DNA of 64,000 nucleotides, taken from contig JAYWIR010000011.1 in NCBI GenBank assembly GCA_036172245.1, positions 1,798,001-1,862,000 on the forward strand, in the 5' to 3' direction. This DNA is from Raillietiella orientalis. Lineage: Eukaryota. A program made the translations under genes and the position numbers. This document shows, piece by piece, positions 23,546 through 35,400 of the stretch (position 1 is its first letter; each line of letters starts with the position of its first letter). The notes below the pieces were generated by a model. The model was given only the letters and a program-made list of their open reading frames with translations, made no database searches and was not told where the DNA came from.

Positions 23546-25499
23546 AAATAAATGCCTCTAGCCGCCTTTCCATTGCCTTCGGCAGTCACGTGATCATTCC
23601 CCGCTCGATTTCTTCGCTCGCATATGTGCTTATTTATTCATTCCTCCTTCCTCATTCTTCTTTCCAGTCTGGAAGACAATGAGCGGAATAGGTCGAACCC
23701 ACCCGTTCAGGTCCGCGTGTGGGCGGTTCGCTTCTTTCATCTAGAGTGGATGGATGCAGCGGGGAAGTCGTGCCCCGTTTTCCTTGCCCGTGGGAGGCTC
23801 GGCCAGCTTGGGCTCAGCCGTCCAGCAGCTTCAGACGAAAATATATCCAGTGTCCAAGAGTGATGGGAAACTTCCTGTTGAGGCGACTGATTTGCCTGGC
23901 TGGCTTCGCCTCAGGGGGTTCGTGCCTCCTAGTCTTCTGGCTGCTCGACCTCATGGGTGCGCGCTTGGTCGCTGGGATGGTCTCCCGTCCAGAGGGCCCA
24001 CTATGGATCCCGGCTATGTTAGACGTCGGAAGACGCCACCATTTCGCTGAGGCCTCGGAATTTCCTTCCCTTTGCGGATGTCGTCATCCTTGAGATCCCA
24101 ACGAGCCGATCTGATCATCTCTCCAACCGGTCCTGGAATCCTGCAACTCTGGATGTTCGCATCTTCAAAGTTAGAAATATAAAATCTTATGGACCTAATA
24201 TAACGATGACTCATATCTGCCAATCAAAAGGACATTGGAACCTTATACTTCATTTTCGGAATCTGAGCTGGTATCCTAGGCACCTCCCTCAGACTTATTT
24301 TGTGGACCGTGTTTCGTAATGAAAAACAGGCGGCTAATTCGACGTACGACCTTCTTTCCTCTGATGAAAACCAGCTCAGTCTTGATGAGGTGCTTATAAG
24401 TAGGCCATCACCACCCACTTTCCTTTAATGCGGCAGCTTCTTGATGCCAACACTGTGGGCGACACAAAACCATTTTCAGGGAGTTAAGAACTGTTGCATG
24501 GACATGACCAAAACGCACATTGGACCCACACGTTCCGCGTTCTCCTGGCGCAAGATACGTTCTCTCGCCTTCAACGCCGAAATTTAGCGTGCCAACGGTG
24601 AGTTGACAAGCCAGCTGTCCGTACAGTGATGTCAGTGAGCTCAAACGAACAATTTCTTCTCTTTCCTCGGAATCTTCCCGAGAGCGGCGCAGGGAAAGCT
24701 CAGGCTTGCCGTCTTTCCTCTGCCTTCTTCCTTCGAGCGCCCTCTCGAGCGCCTCCGCGTGGCTTCGGAGGCAGCGGACGTCGAGTGCGACGGTTCTCTC
24801 TCGTTTCGGGACAAAACCAGGTCGCGACGGACGCCTTCATGACGGGCGATCCTCGGCTGGCGGCCAGGGTGTCTCCCCCATCTCCTTCGCGTCGCCCCTT
24901 TCACTAGTCGGTAGAGCCGTCATGCCTTCTGGTGCGGAGATGAAAGAGGTGCGGTGGCTGAAGTCGCGAAACACCCACGGCGGGATCAACCGCCCACCTG
25001 TTTCCTAGCAAGAAGGTGCTTTTCCAGGAACAAAAGTCTCAAATAGGCGACGGCCTCGTTCCTTTTAAACGGCATTGATGAGCAGCTGGGGAATGGAAAA
25101 ACAACCGATGAAGAACTGGATCCTTTGCTTGCTTCCTGAAAGAACTCACTCTGAGATGCATGGACCAGATCTATCCTGCAGAAGATCTCGTGAACGGAGG
25201 GTCAACTTTTAGATGAAGGCTGCGTCTTTCTGTACGATCGTCTTTCTGGTAAGATCAAAGTGAAACGGGGGGGAAGGGGGGCAGATAAGCTCTGCCAGGG
25301 TGGTCGAGGCTTCGCCACAAGTTCTCTCCTATCTCTTGAGGACTGATGAAGAAGTTTCGGCTGGCCGATCCAGGAGTTCCGTCCAGAGCCCCGCAGGCAA
25401 CTCGGTGACCTCGTTGACGATGGGGGTCGGACGCCGCCGTTTGCCGAGATCGCAAAGGTCTCCTCCCAAATAGCCGAGACGCACCCTTGCTGACTGGGA

Positions 25500-26340
25500 G
25501 GAGGCGAGCATCTCTCCTCAACCCCGATCCGGAATGCACAGATGCTGCATCAGCTGCGGGTCAGCTCTGAGCCGCGAAGCACCAGTAGAACCTCGCTCGC
25601 AGGCAGCAGCAGACGCGGCGAGGAGTTCGCGCCCTTGAGCTTGCTTGACCTGCTCCGGGTCCCTGCGTTCCCGTCCTGGCCGACCAGGAACTTCCAGCCT
25701 TGTCTCCTTGTTCGCAAAATTCTGCGAGGTGGTGGGGAGAAATGTGCGAGATCCTTCCATTCTCCCCTTTTCGTCCCGGGTCCCCTCGTGGAGTCCGGCG
25801 GGGAGTCTTCGCATAGCTCTCGGACCGAGCAACTGAGAGCGTCTCGGCCTTAGGGCTGCTGGACCCGGCTGTGCACCTCTCCGCACAACACCAAGGCTCC
25901 TGCGCGGAAACAGGGCGCTCGATGACGGATGCAAGAATGGAATCTCTGACTCATCCCTTCGTCCTTGAACGAGCATCAGGAGCTCTTCGTCCGCGGAAAG
26001 GTTCATGCTGCCAGCCAACATGTTTTGTCACGGATCTCGCCCGAAATAATCCCAGGTGTTCCTAGCATTCCGCTATTCGGAGCCCCTGGTGTTCCGAAAC
26101 GTGTTTTCCGCCTCGGCCCCTCGATTGTTAGAAGGGCAGCCACCAGATGGCTGGAAGGCGGCAGCGGCAATCATGTGGACCTCGCTTGCCCGCTTCTCCC
26201 TCGAGGGAAAGCTGAAGGCTCTTCCTGCCTGCTCCATTCTCTTGACTGATGTGTTTCCTTGCAAGGGTGGCTCAAACGACAGCAGGTTCATGTAGAATAC
26301 TCCAGGCTTCGCGCGATCGCGTTGACTTCCAACAGGGTGC
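25500..26340 (-). mobile_element. Probable Tc1-like transposase relic
   Basis: NAIARSLEYS (HTH-like), GRSGQARST (RSGRPR), NLSADEE (FSDE), RSLGVVRRG (VMVWG), LEVPGRPG (EVLxWP), in the expected order across frameshifts. Confidence 0.4.
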
Positions 26341-26889
26341 TTGCGCTAAACCACAGCTCTTGCCGTTTTTTTTTAAAAAAGAAAAAAAGAAAGAAAAATG
26401 CCCCCAGCAAGCGAGGTACGGCAGGCAGTCTCGCCCATTCAAGTACTGACGGGGCCCGACACTGCTTGACTTTGCCGATCGAACGAAAGGCGGTGCTTTC
26501 GGATGCGGTATGGCCGCGAACTCGCTCGCTCTTTTCGGGAGAGCCGTTTCGAAGGCATTGGCAGCAGGCACAGCTCTGCGCCACGGTTGCGCCAACATGG
26601 AACGCAACGCTGGCACAGAGGACGATCTCTGCCTGAGAAACCGAACGCGCCCTGATTGGCCAAGGAGTCCCCATGGCTCCCGAATTGTGATCTCGACGGC
26701 GTTCCGCGTTTCTTCGCCGTGGAAGGCTTTCAACAGGTCTCTACGCACGTCGAGGTTCCCCGGAAAACCCAGAGGGATGTGCCACTTTCCAAGAAATGCT
26801 ACCGCCAGCTGAGGGTGGAACTCGGGAACTTGTCCTACTCCTGCCTCCTTGCGCGCGTTTTATAACTTACATGAGATAAAAGTTCAGTG

Positions 26890-27335
26890 TCCATGGCAAG
26901 AGCGTATGGTTCTACCAATGGCGGGAAAGCGTTCTGGAAGTGTCTCGATAGAGGATGTGGGAAAGTACCAGATGTCGTTAACGAAAATATGAAAAATGAG
27001 ACGCGATGGAAACGACGAATTATCGGCCCGTTCCTGGATGAAGGCTCGCTGCTCCCCGATACTGTTGCCAGTTAATCCTTGTTCCCCGAACACTCGATGG
27101 CGGCCGTCTTCTCATTAACGCCGAAACTTTGAAATCCTCCCCTTTCCTGCCTGCAACTTTGCTCTGAGAGGACATGGAACTTTCCTCTTTATCCCTTCTT
27201 GAGCACATGATTGGTGACCTTATACAGAGTTGAAGCGCATTCTTCGTGCGACTGGAGCTGTGCATCATTCCCGAAAATGGTCATCAATAAGCACACGCCT
27301 GGGTGCAGCGACTTTCACTTTCATATGGAGAACTT
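26890..27335 (+). mobile_element. Probable Mutator/MULE transposase relic
   Basis: FLYWCH-like KAFWKCLDRGCGK, then GHGTFLFIP (DGTFxxxP) and GCSDFHFH (GCxFH), in order but much compressed. Confidence 0.4.
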
Positions 27336-27414
27336 TTAAAGCAGAAAGTCTTTAGCTTCCAGGACGCTTCGAAAGTCCCGTTCAAGCGATCGTTCCGCTT
27401 CCTCTCCCTTGGTC

Positions 27415-27650
27415 CAAACTTTGGTACGCGATGGAGGGTCTCCCCCTGAGGGGGGAGAGGATGGCACCATTCTCACAATAGGAGGGGAACTCCGAAAGAA
27501 ACTGGATCCGTGCCTTCTGGAGGAACCCCAGAGGTCAGCTTTTAATACTGGCCGCACAGCGGGGATATCCGGCTACCAGGTTCCATCGGTGCCGCATCCG
27601 AAGACTACAGACCAACCAGCGCCATCTTGAGGAGGGGGAATCGAAACCTA
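27415..27650 (-). mobile_element. tRNA-derived SINE internal fragment
   Basis: gcgatggagggtctccccctgagggggg...ccattctcacaa...caaccagcgccatc matches copies 5 and 6. Confidence 0.7.
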
Positions 27651-27877
27651 GGGTGGCTCGAGTCCGCGAGGTGGGCGCAGACGATGCGCTTCTTGCGAGT
27701 TGCGTCGTGCGGGCTACGCGCTGCCCACAGTGCTCCCGGCGCCGTGAGGGTCTTCCACGCAGCAGCAGCATCAGCAGCATCAGATCTGCCACTCCAGTTT
27801 CGCCGCCTCCAGGCGTCGCGCCCGCCCGCCCGCCCGCCAATGCCGCAGGTCACTACAGAAGCACCCTTTCCTGTTTG

Positions 27878-28443
27878 ATGTGCTCCAGGATTCCCGATGG
27901 CGTTGTTGGCGATCTCCACAACACGGAAAGTCAGGAACCTTCCGGTGCCAGTCTAGTCAACAACACTACGAAGCCGGAGCTCCTCCACGGAGAGTCCCCC
28001 GTTGCGTCGCTCGTCTCCACGAAGAAGGCGGACGTGGCGGAGAAGGAGCAGGCCGACGCCACGCGGAAGGTCGCCTCCGAGTCACCGCGGGCCCGCCCCC
28101 TGGACAAGTTCCGCAACGGGTTCAGCATCAGCGAAGAGTACTGCCCCGATCACAGACTGGGCCTCAAGGTGGTCATCATGATCAGCAGTGCCTGCACCAA
28201 CGAGAACAAGCGACTCGCCATCCTCCAGACTTGGGGTCACTACAGCATGAGGAGGGACGTGGTGATCCTGTTCGTTCTGGGGCAACCCAAGAGCACCAGC
28301 GTTCAGGATCGCTTGGAGAAAGAACAGTACATTTTCAGGGACCTCATCCAAGGTCGTTTCCTGGATTCGTACAGGAACCTGACTTTAAAAAATCCATCTA
28401 CATGCTTGAGTGGCTGGTCATGTACTGCTACAACGCCCCCTAT
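27878..28443 (+). pseudogene. Beta-1,3-galactosyltransferase (GT31) fragment
   Basis: CPD...KVVIMISSACTNENKRLAILQTWG...ILFVLG...LEKEQYIFRDLIQGRFLDSYRNLTLK, then two extra A at ~28387-28392, then SIYMLEWLVMYCYNAPY. Homology stops just before the catalytic KxDDD motif. Confidence 0.85.
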
Positions 28444-29699
28444 TCTACGAGTCCATCCTCCACGGAGGTCTTGAGTCCGATCTCCGCGTCGGGATGGCGT
28501 TCTCGGCCACCTGATGCTGCAGCGACTGGAGCTTCAGGGCTAGTTCCGGATACTTGCCCTAGTGACAAATTCGTGGAGTGCTACCTGATGCGAATCTGCC
28601 CTTTTCCTCGTCCAGCAAGCCACTGGCAGAGTGGGACTTGCGTCCTTCCTGGCGCGCCGTCGTCGCAAGATCTCCCACTACCGAGTGCAGCTTCAGTGGA
28701 TGGCCGCGCTCACCAGGAAGAAAATCCATCCGCTGAGTCTCCTGTAGCCCCGCAAACGTCAGCGCCTGGTTGCAGGAATCGTTCACATTTGAGCGAGAAA
28801 CCAGGAACGATGCCCGCAAGAGGCACAACGTTACCTGTAAGGGCGCCATAGCAACTGCACGCTCTGGGATCCTCCAGGCTCCTGAAAGAAGTGCGTGAGC
28901 AGGAAGAACCTCCTTCGCCGCAACACTGTCCTCCCTGAAGGATAATATGGGTAGCACCCTTGCGGCTAGATGGCAGGTTAGTGTGGAAATATCCACCATG
29001 AGAAAAGGACTTGGTAAATGGATGATGGGCCAGATTGCAGACGTTGCAACTCCGAGTGCCCCACCTCAAGGACTTCTGTGCTTGGGTGAACTGCTAGATA
29101 TTCAGGAGACCTGCAGTGGTTCCCAGTCCTTCTGGACAGATTCATCCTCTCATGGTGCTCTGGGACACCAACCGAGGGCCGCTTCAGAGGAAGGATGCCA
29201 GTTACAGAGAGCTGGGGCGCCATGAGCGGGAAGGAAGCCAATCACCCTGCAGGGCGCCCTCAAGCCACCCCTGCAGGGCTGCAAATTCGGAAAATCTGTG
29301 ACCAACAGATCTCATCCAAATCATGATTGGTCCCCCATTCGTAGGTGTGCATGTGGCTATTAGATGGCGGCACTTCGCTGCACCGGCAGATTTAACGCTC
29401 TCGGTCTCGAACCGAGTTCTCCAAGAAACATTTCCTACGGTCCCCACAGGAATCTCCCAAAACTGCATCCATGCATTGTGCCACATCATTCCCCAGTAAT
29501 CCACCCGTTTTACCTTGCGATCACATTTGTTCTTTCCTATCTGTTCCTTCTATCAGTTCCACCCCACGATCATCAAGTTAAGCCACGTTATAGCTGGAGC
29601 AGAAGTTGATCATCCATAAAACGGGCGGGCGTCATTGGCACGCAGCAACCAACTTTCCTTGATTTGGTTTGTCCTGAGAGTCTTGGTATGTTGCCTTGC

Positions 29700-30230
29700 C
29701 ACGACCTTCCAGAAACCCAGGAACGAGTCCTCTCTGTGGATGAACAGTTCAACCCGATTTAAAATGGGATGAGAAGACGATCGCAATGGTCATCACCAGC
29801 AAATAGTCCTCTGGACAAGAATGGAATTCGAGTGGGCCTCTCGAATGGACGGAAAGTCGGCGAATGGAGAATTCTGGAAGAGGGGCAATCCAGAACGGGT
29901 TTGCAGCGGGCGGAACGCCAGCCGGGAAGAATCCGGAACGCAGACGCATCGCTTCTCTAGTGAAGACGTTTCCGGTCCTCCGAGTAGGCTCCGTGTGAGT
30001 GGTTGCCTACGAGCGGAGGGTTGTTGACGGAATGCTCGCGTTGCCGACCGAGGTCACGCATCGGGTCTCAGTGTATTGGGGAAGGAGACCTCGTGCCGAC
30101 CTCCGAGCCAGCGACAGAATTCGTGGCCACTGTCTCTCCAAGAAAGTTTCCAAAGGGAAAACTTCTTTGCGCGAAGGAGTGAAGGTGAGGAGCCAAGACG
30201 GAACCGTTTACAAAGCGCAAGAAGAAAGGT
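29700..30230 (+). mobile_element. Probable piggyBac transposase relic
   Basis: VLSVDEQFNPI*NGMRRRSQWSSPANSPLDKNGIRV resembles the piggyBac motif LSVDEQMIPFKGR...QYxPxKPxKxGIK. Confidence 0.4.
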
Positions 30231-30330
30231 CTTCGGCGGTTCCCATTGCGTTCCATTCGGTCAGCAGTCGATGTGTCTTCTGCAGTTTTTGGCACTGAGG
30301 TGACTTTCAGGATCATTTTTTTTTTTAATA

Positions 30331-31164
30331 CGAGGCTCCTTTCAATAGTAATGACCGCTTGGATACAAAGGAAGAACAAAGAGAAATAGAAATGTATTGA
30401 TGGTTCGAAACACACGCATCCCTGTGTCATCTGTGGAAGAAGCTTTTCGAAACCCTCTGCGTGGAATTCCACCCCCTGGGAGTTCAGCCAGCTCAGCAGC
30501 ACCGCAGTTTTCAACTCCTCCCTTTCCCCCCTCGAGTCGTTGAGCCATTTCAGGAGGCGCAGGAAGACATGGCAGTCACTGGGCAGGACTGTAAGGGGTG
30601 GGTGATCAAAAAGTTCCCATTTGAATTTCTAAATTGTCTGGAATGTGCGGACAGCATGTGTTGCCAAGGCGCGCGTTGTCATGACGAAGAACAATTCCTG
30701 ATCCCAGTTCCAATTTTTAGAAGGATATCCAGTCGGTTCCGAATGGACGCGGCAGTTTCGTGGGTGTTTCACACCCTCGAAACGGTGGGCTTTCGAAGTG
30801 ATGGTCGTTCCAGGCTTCATAAAGTCCACCAAAAGCACACCCTTTCGGTCCCACACGCTGCTGTCCTCACGCTCCAGACAATTCCGAAATTCAAATGGGA
30901 ACTTTTTGATCACCCACCCCTTACAGTCCTGCCGAGTGACTGCCACGTCTTCCTGCATCTCCAGAAGTGAACTCCCGGGCGGCAGAACTTCATGCAGACG
31001 GCTTCAAAAAGCTTTTCCACGGTATCAAAAGCGTTTGGAGAAAAAATGGCGACTACATGGAAATGTGACATGGGGATGCATGTGCTTAGAACCACGAATA
31101 CGTTCATTCTCCTCTCTGTTCTTTTTTTCTATCCGATCGGCCCTTGCTTTTGCAATGAGCCTCG
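30331..31164. mobile_element. Mariner-derived non-autonomous fold-back element
   Basis: TA-flanked ends CGAGGCTC...GAGCCTCG. The minus strand encodes VWDRKGVLLVDFMKPGTTI...FKWELFDHPPYSP. The FKWELFDHPP-to-TIR segment is repeated in inverted orientation in the right arm. Confidence 0.9.
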
Positions 31165-31739
31165 TAATTTCAATTGATGCTCGAGACGCAGTTATGGTCA
31201 CCTGGGAGGTTGGAGCACCTGATTCATGGATGGGTTTGATGATGCACTTGTGATTAGGTTCCACGACTGGGTTAATAACTCCGAAGGAATGAAGGCTCAC
31301 GTCTTTTTTTTTTTTTTTCAGTCAGCTTCCTGCGGACACGCACGTGGAGATTAAACTTTCCACATCAAAGCAAAGCGCTGTTGCAGCCAAAGAGTTTGAT
31401 CGGAGGATTTGAGATTTTCGCTTGCCCTGTCGGGAAAGACTCGACGGCGGCCCCGATGTTAAGAGCGAGGATCCGAGCGCCGAATGTGATGAAACTTCCT
31501 TTCCTTCCAGGAACTTCCCGAACTCCGAAATCAGTGTGGCATGAATTTTCGTTGTCCGCGTTTGCAATTACAGAGCGTTTCCTTTCATCCCCTCCTCTTC
31601 CACCCTACGAGAATGGCGTTTCCTGAAAGGGATTTGTGTACCCGGAGGTGCCCAACTTGTGTTTCCAGTTCGCGTGTCGCGACTACCACGTGTCCATGCA
31701 CGCGTTGATCTCTCTCTCTCTCTTTTGGAGTGCTCTTCT

Positions 31740-32240
31740 CCCGTCTCCTGGAAACTCATCGAGCGTCCCGTCAGGCCGCGCAGCGGTCAGCCGCTTATCC
31801 CACAGGGGATCCCAGGAGTCCCTGGTTCTCGCGGCGACTGGAAGCGCTTCTTTAGCTACGAGTGGGATCCACTGTGGTCACTTTTTCGTTGGCCTGGAGC
31901 GCTCAATCGGGTCGCAGCTGTCTGTCGGAATCCGTTCCCAGGATGGGTCAGTTCGAGCACGGAGGCCATCAGTTCCTCCGGGTCGCCCTCTTGTTCCGCA
32001 CTGCCAGTTCTCCGTATCCCTCTTCCCCCTCCCCCTCGTTACCCCACCGAGTTGCCGATGCAGCGAAGCGGGGATCCCTCCCACGTCGCAATCCACCACC
32101 CGCAGCGCGATGGGTGCCTTCGCTGGGGAGCGTCGTTCGCACGGGTGGCTTGCCAAGTGCCGAAGAATCACTGGTATCCTTAGGGCGGAGGTCACGAAGC
32201 TCTTTGACGCTTTCACACCACCCGAGCGTGCGTGTGACCC
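31740..32240 (+). mobile_element. Possible Tc1-like transposase relic, cut by a SINE
   Basis: PRSGQP (RSGRP), DWKRFFSYE (WxxVLFSDE), QRDG (QQDG), in order. Confidence 0.35.
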
Positions 32241-32247
32241 TTCAAGT

Positions 32248-32925
32248 TAGGGGGTGCCCCGGGAGGGAACCATCCAGTGAATCCAGGAAGGACTCCGGAA
32301 GAACGAGTCTGTTTCTTTCACGCTTGGTAGGGGAACCCGGTAGTGAACCACTTCCTCATTCTCTCCGGAGGGACCCCCAGAGGACGGGTCACTCCCCATT
32401 TTCTTTTCCAAAGGAAACCCGGAAATAATCTCCTTCTGGAATTTCCTCTCCAGAGGAAATCCACGAGGGAACCGCTCCCTCTTTCCTCCTCTGAAGAGAA
32501 CCACCACGAAGAGACGTTTCCGCGTTTCTCTCGAGGGTCGCTCCCTGAAGGGAGCAGAGCGTTTCTTACACTCTGGAGTGGCAACCTCCCTAAGGGGGTA
32601 TCAATAAGATCCATGGTAAGCGATGGAGGGTGCCCCCGAGGGGGGAGGGACGGTTCCGTCTGCACAACCGGAAAGAACCGGCTCCTTGATTTCTGGAAGG
32701 ACTCCGGAGGTCAACTTCTAATCCCGGCCAATCATCCGGGGGTTTCTCACTCATCAGTGCCGCAAACAAAGCCTACAGATCAACCAGCGTCATCCTGCGG
32801 GGGGGATTCCAACCAACGACGCACCCATTCCTCGCAGTCTATCCTTCCCACGGTGGGATTCAAACCTGCAACGCTCGGTGCCACGCGCGAAGACCTCAGC
32901 CACAAGGCCGCCGACGCGGGTCACA
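32248..32925 (-). mobile_element. tRNA-derived SINE, copy 5
   Basis: Reverse-complement head ACCCGCGTCGGCGGCCTTGTGGCTGAGGTCTTCGCGTGGCACCGAGCGTTGCAGGTTTGAATCCC, followed by the hairpin-unit body. Confidence 0.85.
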
Positions 32926-33019
32926 GGTTGTAGGTGGAGTTACCCTGCACGAATGGATCGAAGGCTCCCTGATCTCGAATGTCCTTGAGCGTATAGTTTT
33001 GTTGATCCGCGATGCTGTC

Positions 33020-34200
33020 CAACGCAGGACACTTATTTATTAAAGTGGGAAAAATAGATTATAAGGATAATCTCTGCATGATCCTTCTGCCTCCGGTGAA
33101 GGGGTGTTCCTGGAATCGATGGGTTACCCCCGTGCAGACGTTCTTCGCGACGGTCGTCGGCCTCCAGTCCATCCACCGCGCCTTTCGTGACATCTTTCTT
33201 CTTCCAGTGGATACCTACGTGGGTGAGTCCCATCACGGTGCATCGAGTACGCGAGGCGCGCCCGTCGGCTGCCTCGCTTTGTTGGGGAGCAGCCTAGGGA
33301 CTCCCAAGTCCATGAAGGACAAGTCAAGAAGGACTCCATCATCATGGTTGGGATCCCGAGACCCAAGAGAGCGCATCACAAAGGCGTGCATCTTTGCTGG
33401 CGATCCTTTCCGACTCACCTGCTAGGCAGTATCTCGATACTTGGATTCTATTTGTTGTCGTGCCAAGACTTAAGGCTGCCCCTCCATTTTCAAATGGGTA
33501 TGCAACTCCCAGGATTGCATTGCCGGACGACTGCCATTCCGGGTTACCGGCTCTGGAAGTCGGTTGGAATCTGTTCCGAGGTCGCGCTGGTTCGATGAAA
33601 TCATCTTCCGCCCTGCTGCGGTGGCGGTAGCGGCACCGAGGGGTCTTCCTACGACCGCATTGTGCCTAGTAGCGTACTGGGGAGACCGGACTCATGCAGT
33701 GTGGTTTCGTATGTGGGGTAGGTCCCACCCTACTGTCCACACTTTCGACACGAGCGATCCTCCAATATTCTTCTGGACGCTCCACGTATTTGAACCAAGT
33801 CGAGTCCTACCGCAGCCTTAGTTAGCCCAAAAAATGATGTGGAGCTTCCTGGAGCCCTAACTTACTCTTGGTGATTGCAGCTGCAGCACTCTGATCCTTG
33901 GCACCAGCGACCTGGTCGTGGGAGCTCATATCGTGACCTTCGATGGCACCCTCTGGCGAACTCGCCGGAGACGAGGAGTGCATCTGGGGGGGGCCGTCTT
34001 TACCACGAGTTCCTACACTTCTGGAGGGATGGAAAACGGGCAGCTCGAATCGTCGAGACCTTCGGGACAATCCGTGTCGGCAACGGAGACGACGCGCTGG
34101 TGGAGCCGTCGCCGCAGCGGATGCCTCCATCCAAAGGGGACGGACACCTTTGAGAGCTGCATCGGATACAAAAGACTACCATCAGTTCTGTCATTTTCCT
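33020..34200 (+). mobile_element. Internally deleted L1/Tx1-type ORF2 relic
   Basis: TRGAPVGCLALL (RGVRQGCPLS), KACIFAGD (YADD region), ISILGFYL (KYLG), LWKS...VALVR*NHLPPCCGGGSG (thumb), in order. Confidence 0.55.
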
Positions 34201-34695
34201 CGCATGCGACCCTGGGACATCCAACTCTCTAGGGACCCCACCCGTTCTTCGGATTCCACGATCCCCGAGTTCCGGTTATGAAGGCATGGATGCTGCTTCG
34301 TATGCCTCTCCAGGTCTTCGCTTTTTTGATCTTTACCAAGAGGCTGCAGACGTGCGAAGGAAGGTCAGTGCAGGACGTAGCCTTCCTTCTCCTTCTCACG
34401 CTTTGCGGTGAGATGAGACCAGGTTCCCTCGAACTGCCCACCGTTCTCAAAAGGGAGGAGGTTTCTCTCTTCATGTCGGCTGTTTTCCTTCGAAAGCTCA
34501 CGTCATCTCGCTCTGGCAGCCGTCCTCCGTCCAGGCGCGTAAACTCCCGCATTCCCAGCGACTCCGTGAACGCCGCTTCTGGGACCGTGGGATTCGGGAT
34601 TTGCGTCCGCGAACCGAGACCGCTTGTTACTCCCGTGAGTGACATCGCCTTGCAGGTTTCCCTTCTCAGCAACGGCGGGTAAAAACCTCTCGAGG

Positions 34696-35400
34696 TTTCT
34701 ACCCAATGACTCCGGGACGTTCACTTAAAAAAATGAACCACAAGTCAGAGGGGAACAGTGTTCCCCGAATACAAGAGATGCCAGAAAAAAGAAGAAAAAC
34801 AGCAGAAGTTCATTGGGGATGACCACCTGCACGCAGACCGACTTCTATGAAAGCAGGGGACGGAGGAAGGGGACAATAAATAAACATAAGAAAAAAGATA
34901 GGAGGGTAAAGGTCTTTGGTTTTATCCGTTCCTTCCTTTCTAGGAGAGGCTGTGCATGATGGCGACCTCGCTGATGACTTTTTCTGATACAGGAGGCCAC
35001 CTAGCAGCTGTTCTCATGAAGGCGGCTGCCATGCTGATGGCCTCCTTTCTCTGCGGACGTGACTCCAACACATGGCGGGCTGTGACAGTGGCGCGGATGC
35101 AACAGTTCTTTGCGATCACAGCGCCCGTCTTCAGTCCGCCTTGAGTGAAGAAGCGTGGCAGCAAGTCCGAAGCGGAGTGGTCGTGCGGTCGACGGAGTGC
35201 CGAAGCAAGTCTCCGCCACATGCCCTCCAGGGCATTGGAGTCCAGAAATCTCGAGAGGAACTCATCTGGGAATCCGTTACGTTTCCGACGGATGCGCTTG
35301 CGTATTACGGACTGCTTTCTTGCAACTGCAGTCTGTGTAGGAGGCTCGTGGGGAATTTCATCCTTCTGGGATACGCGGTTGTCTTACGAAGGACGCGTTC
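34696..35400 (-). mobile_element. Tx1/L1-clade LINE 3' end
   Basis: LLPRFFTQGGLKTGAVIAKNCCIRA is homologous to the C-termini at ~11300 and ~15960. The UTR is homologous to 10935-11130. The terminus is degenerate (AGTGAACGTCCCGGAGTCATTGGGTAGAAA). Confidence 0.7.

Noticed and set aside
23780..24100. Tyrosine-kinase-like words on the minus strand (LGGTNP, SCWTAEP)
   Set aside because: No HRD or DFG motif was found, and the similarity is too fragmentary.
32740..32760. CTGATGA-GTGA-GAAAC on the minus strand inside SINE copy 5
   Set aside because: There is no stem II, and other copies read TGGTGAGGTCAGAAAC, so it is a chance variant.
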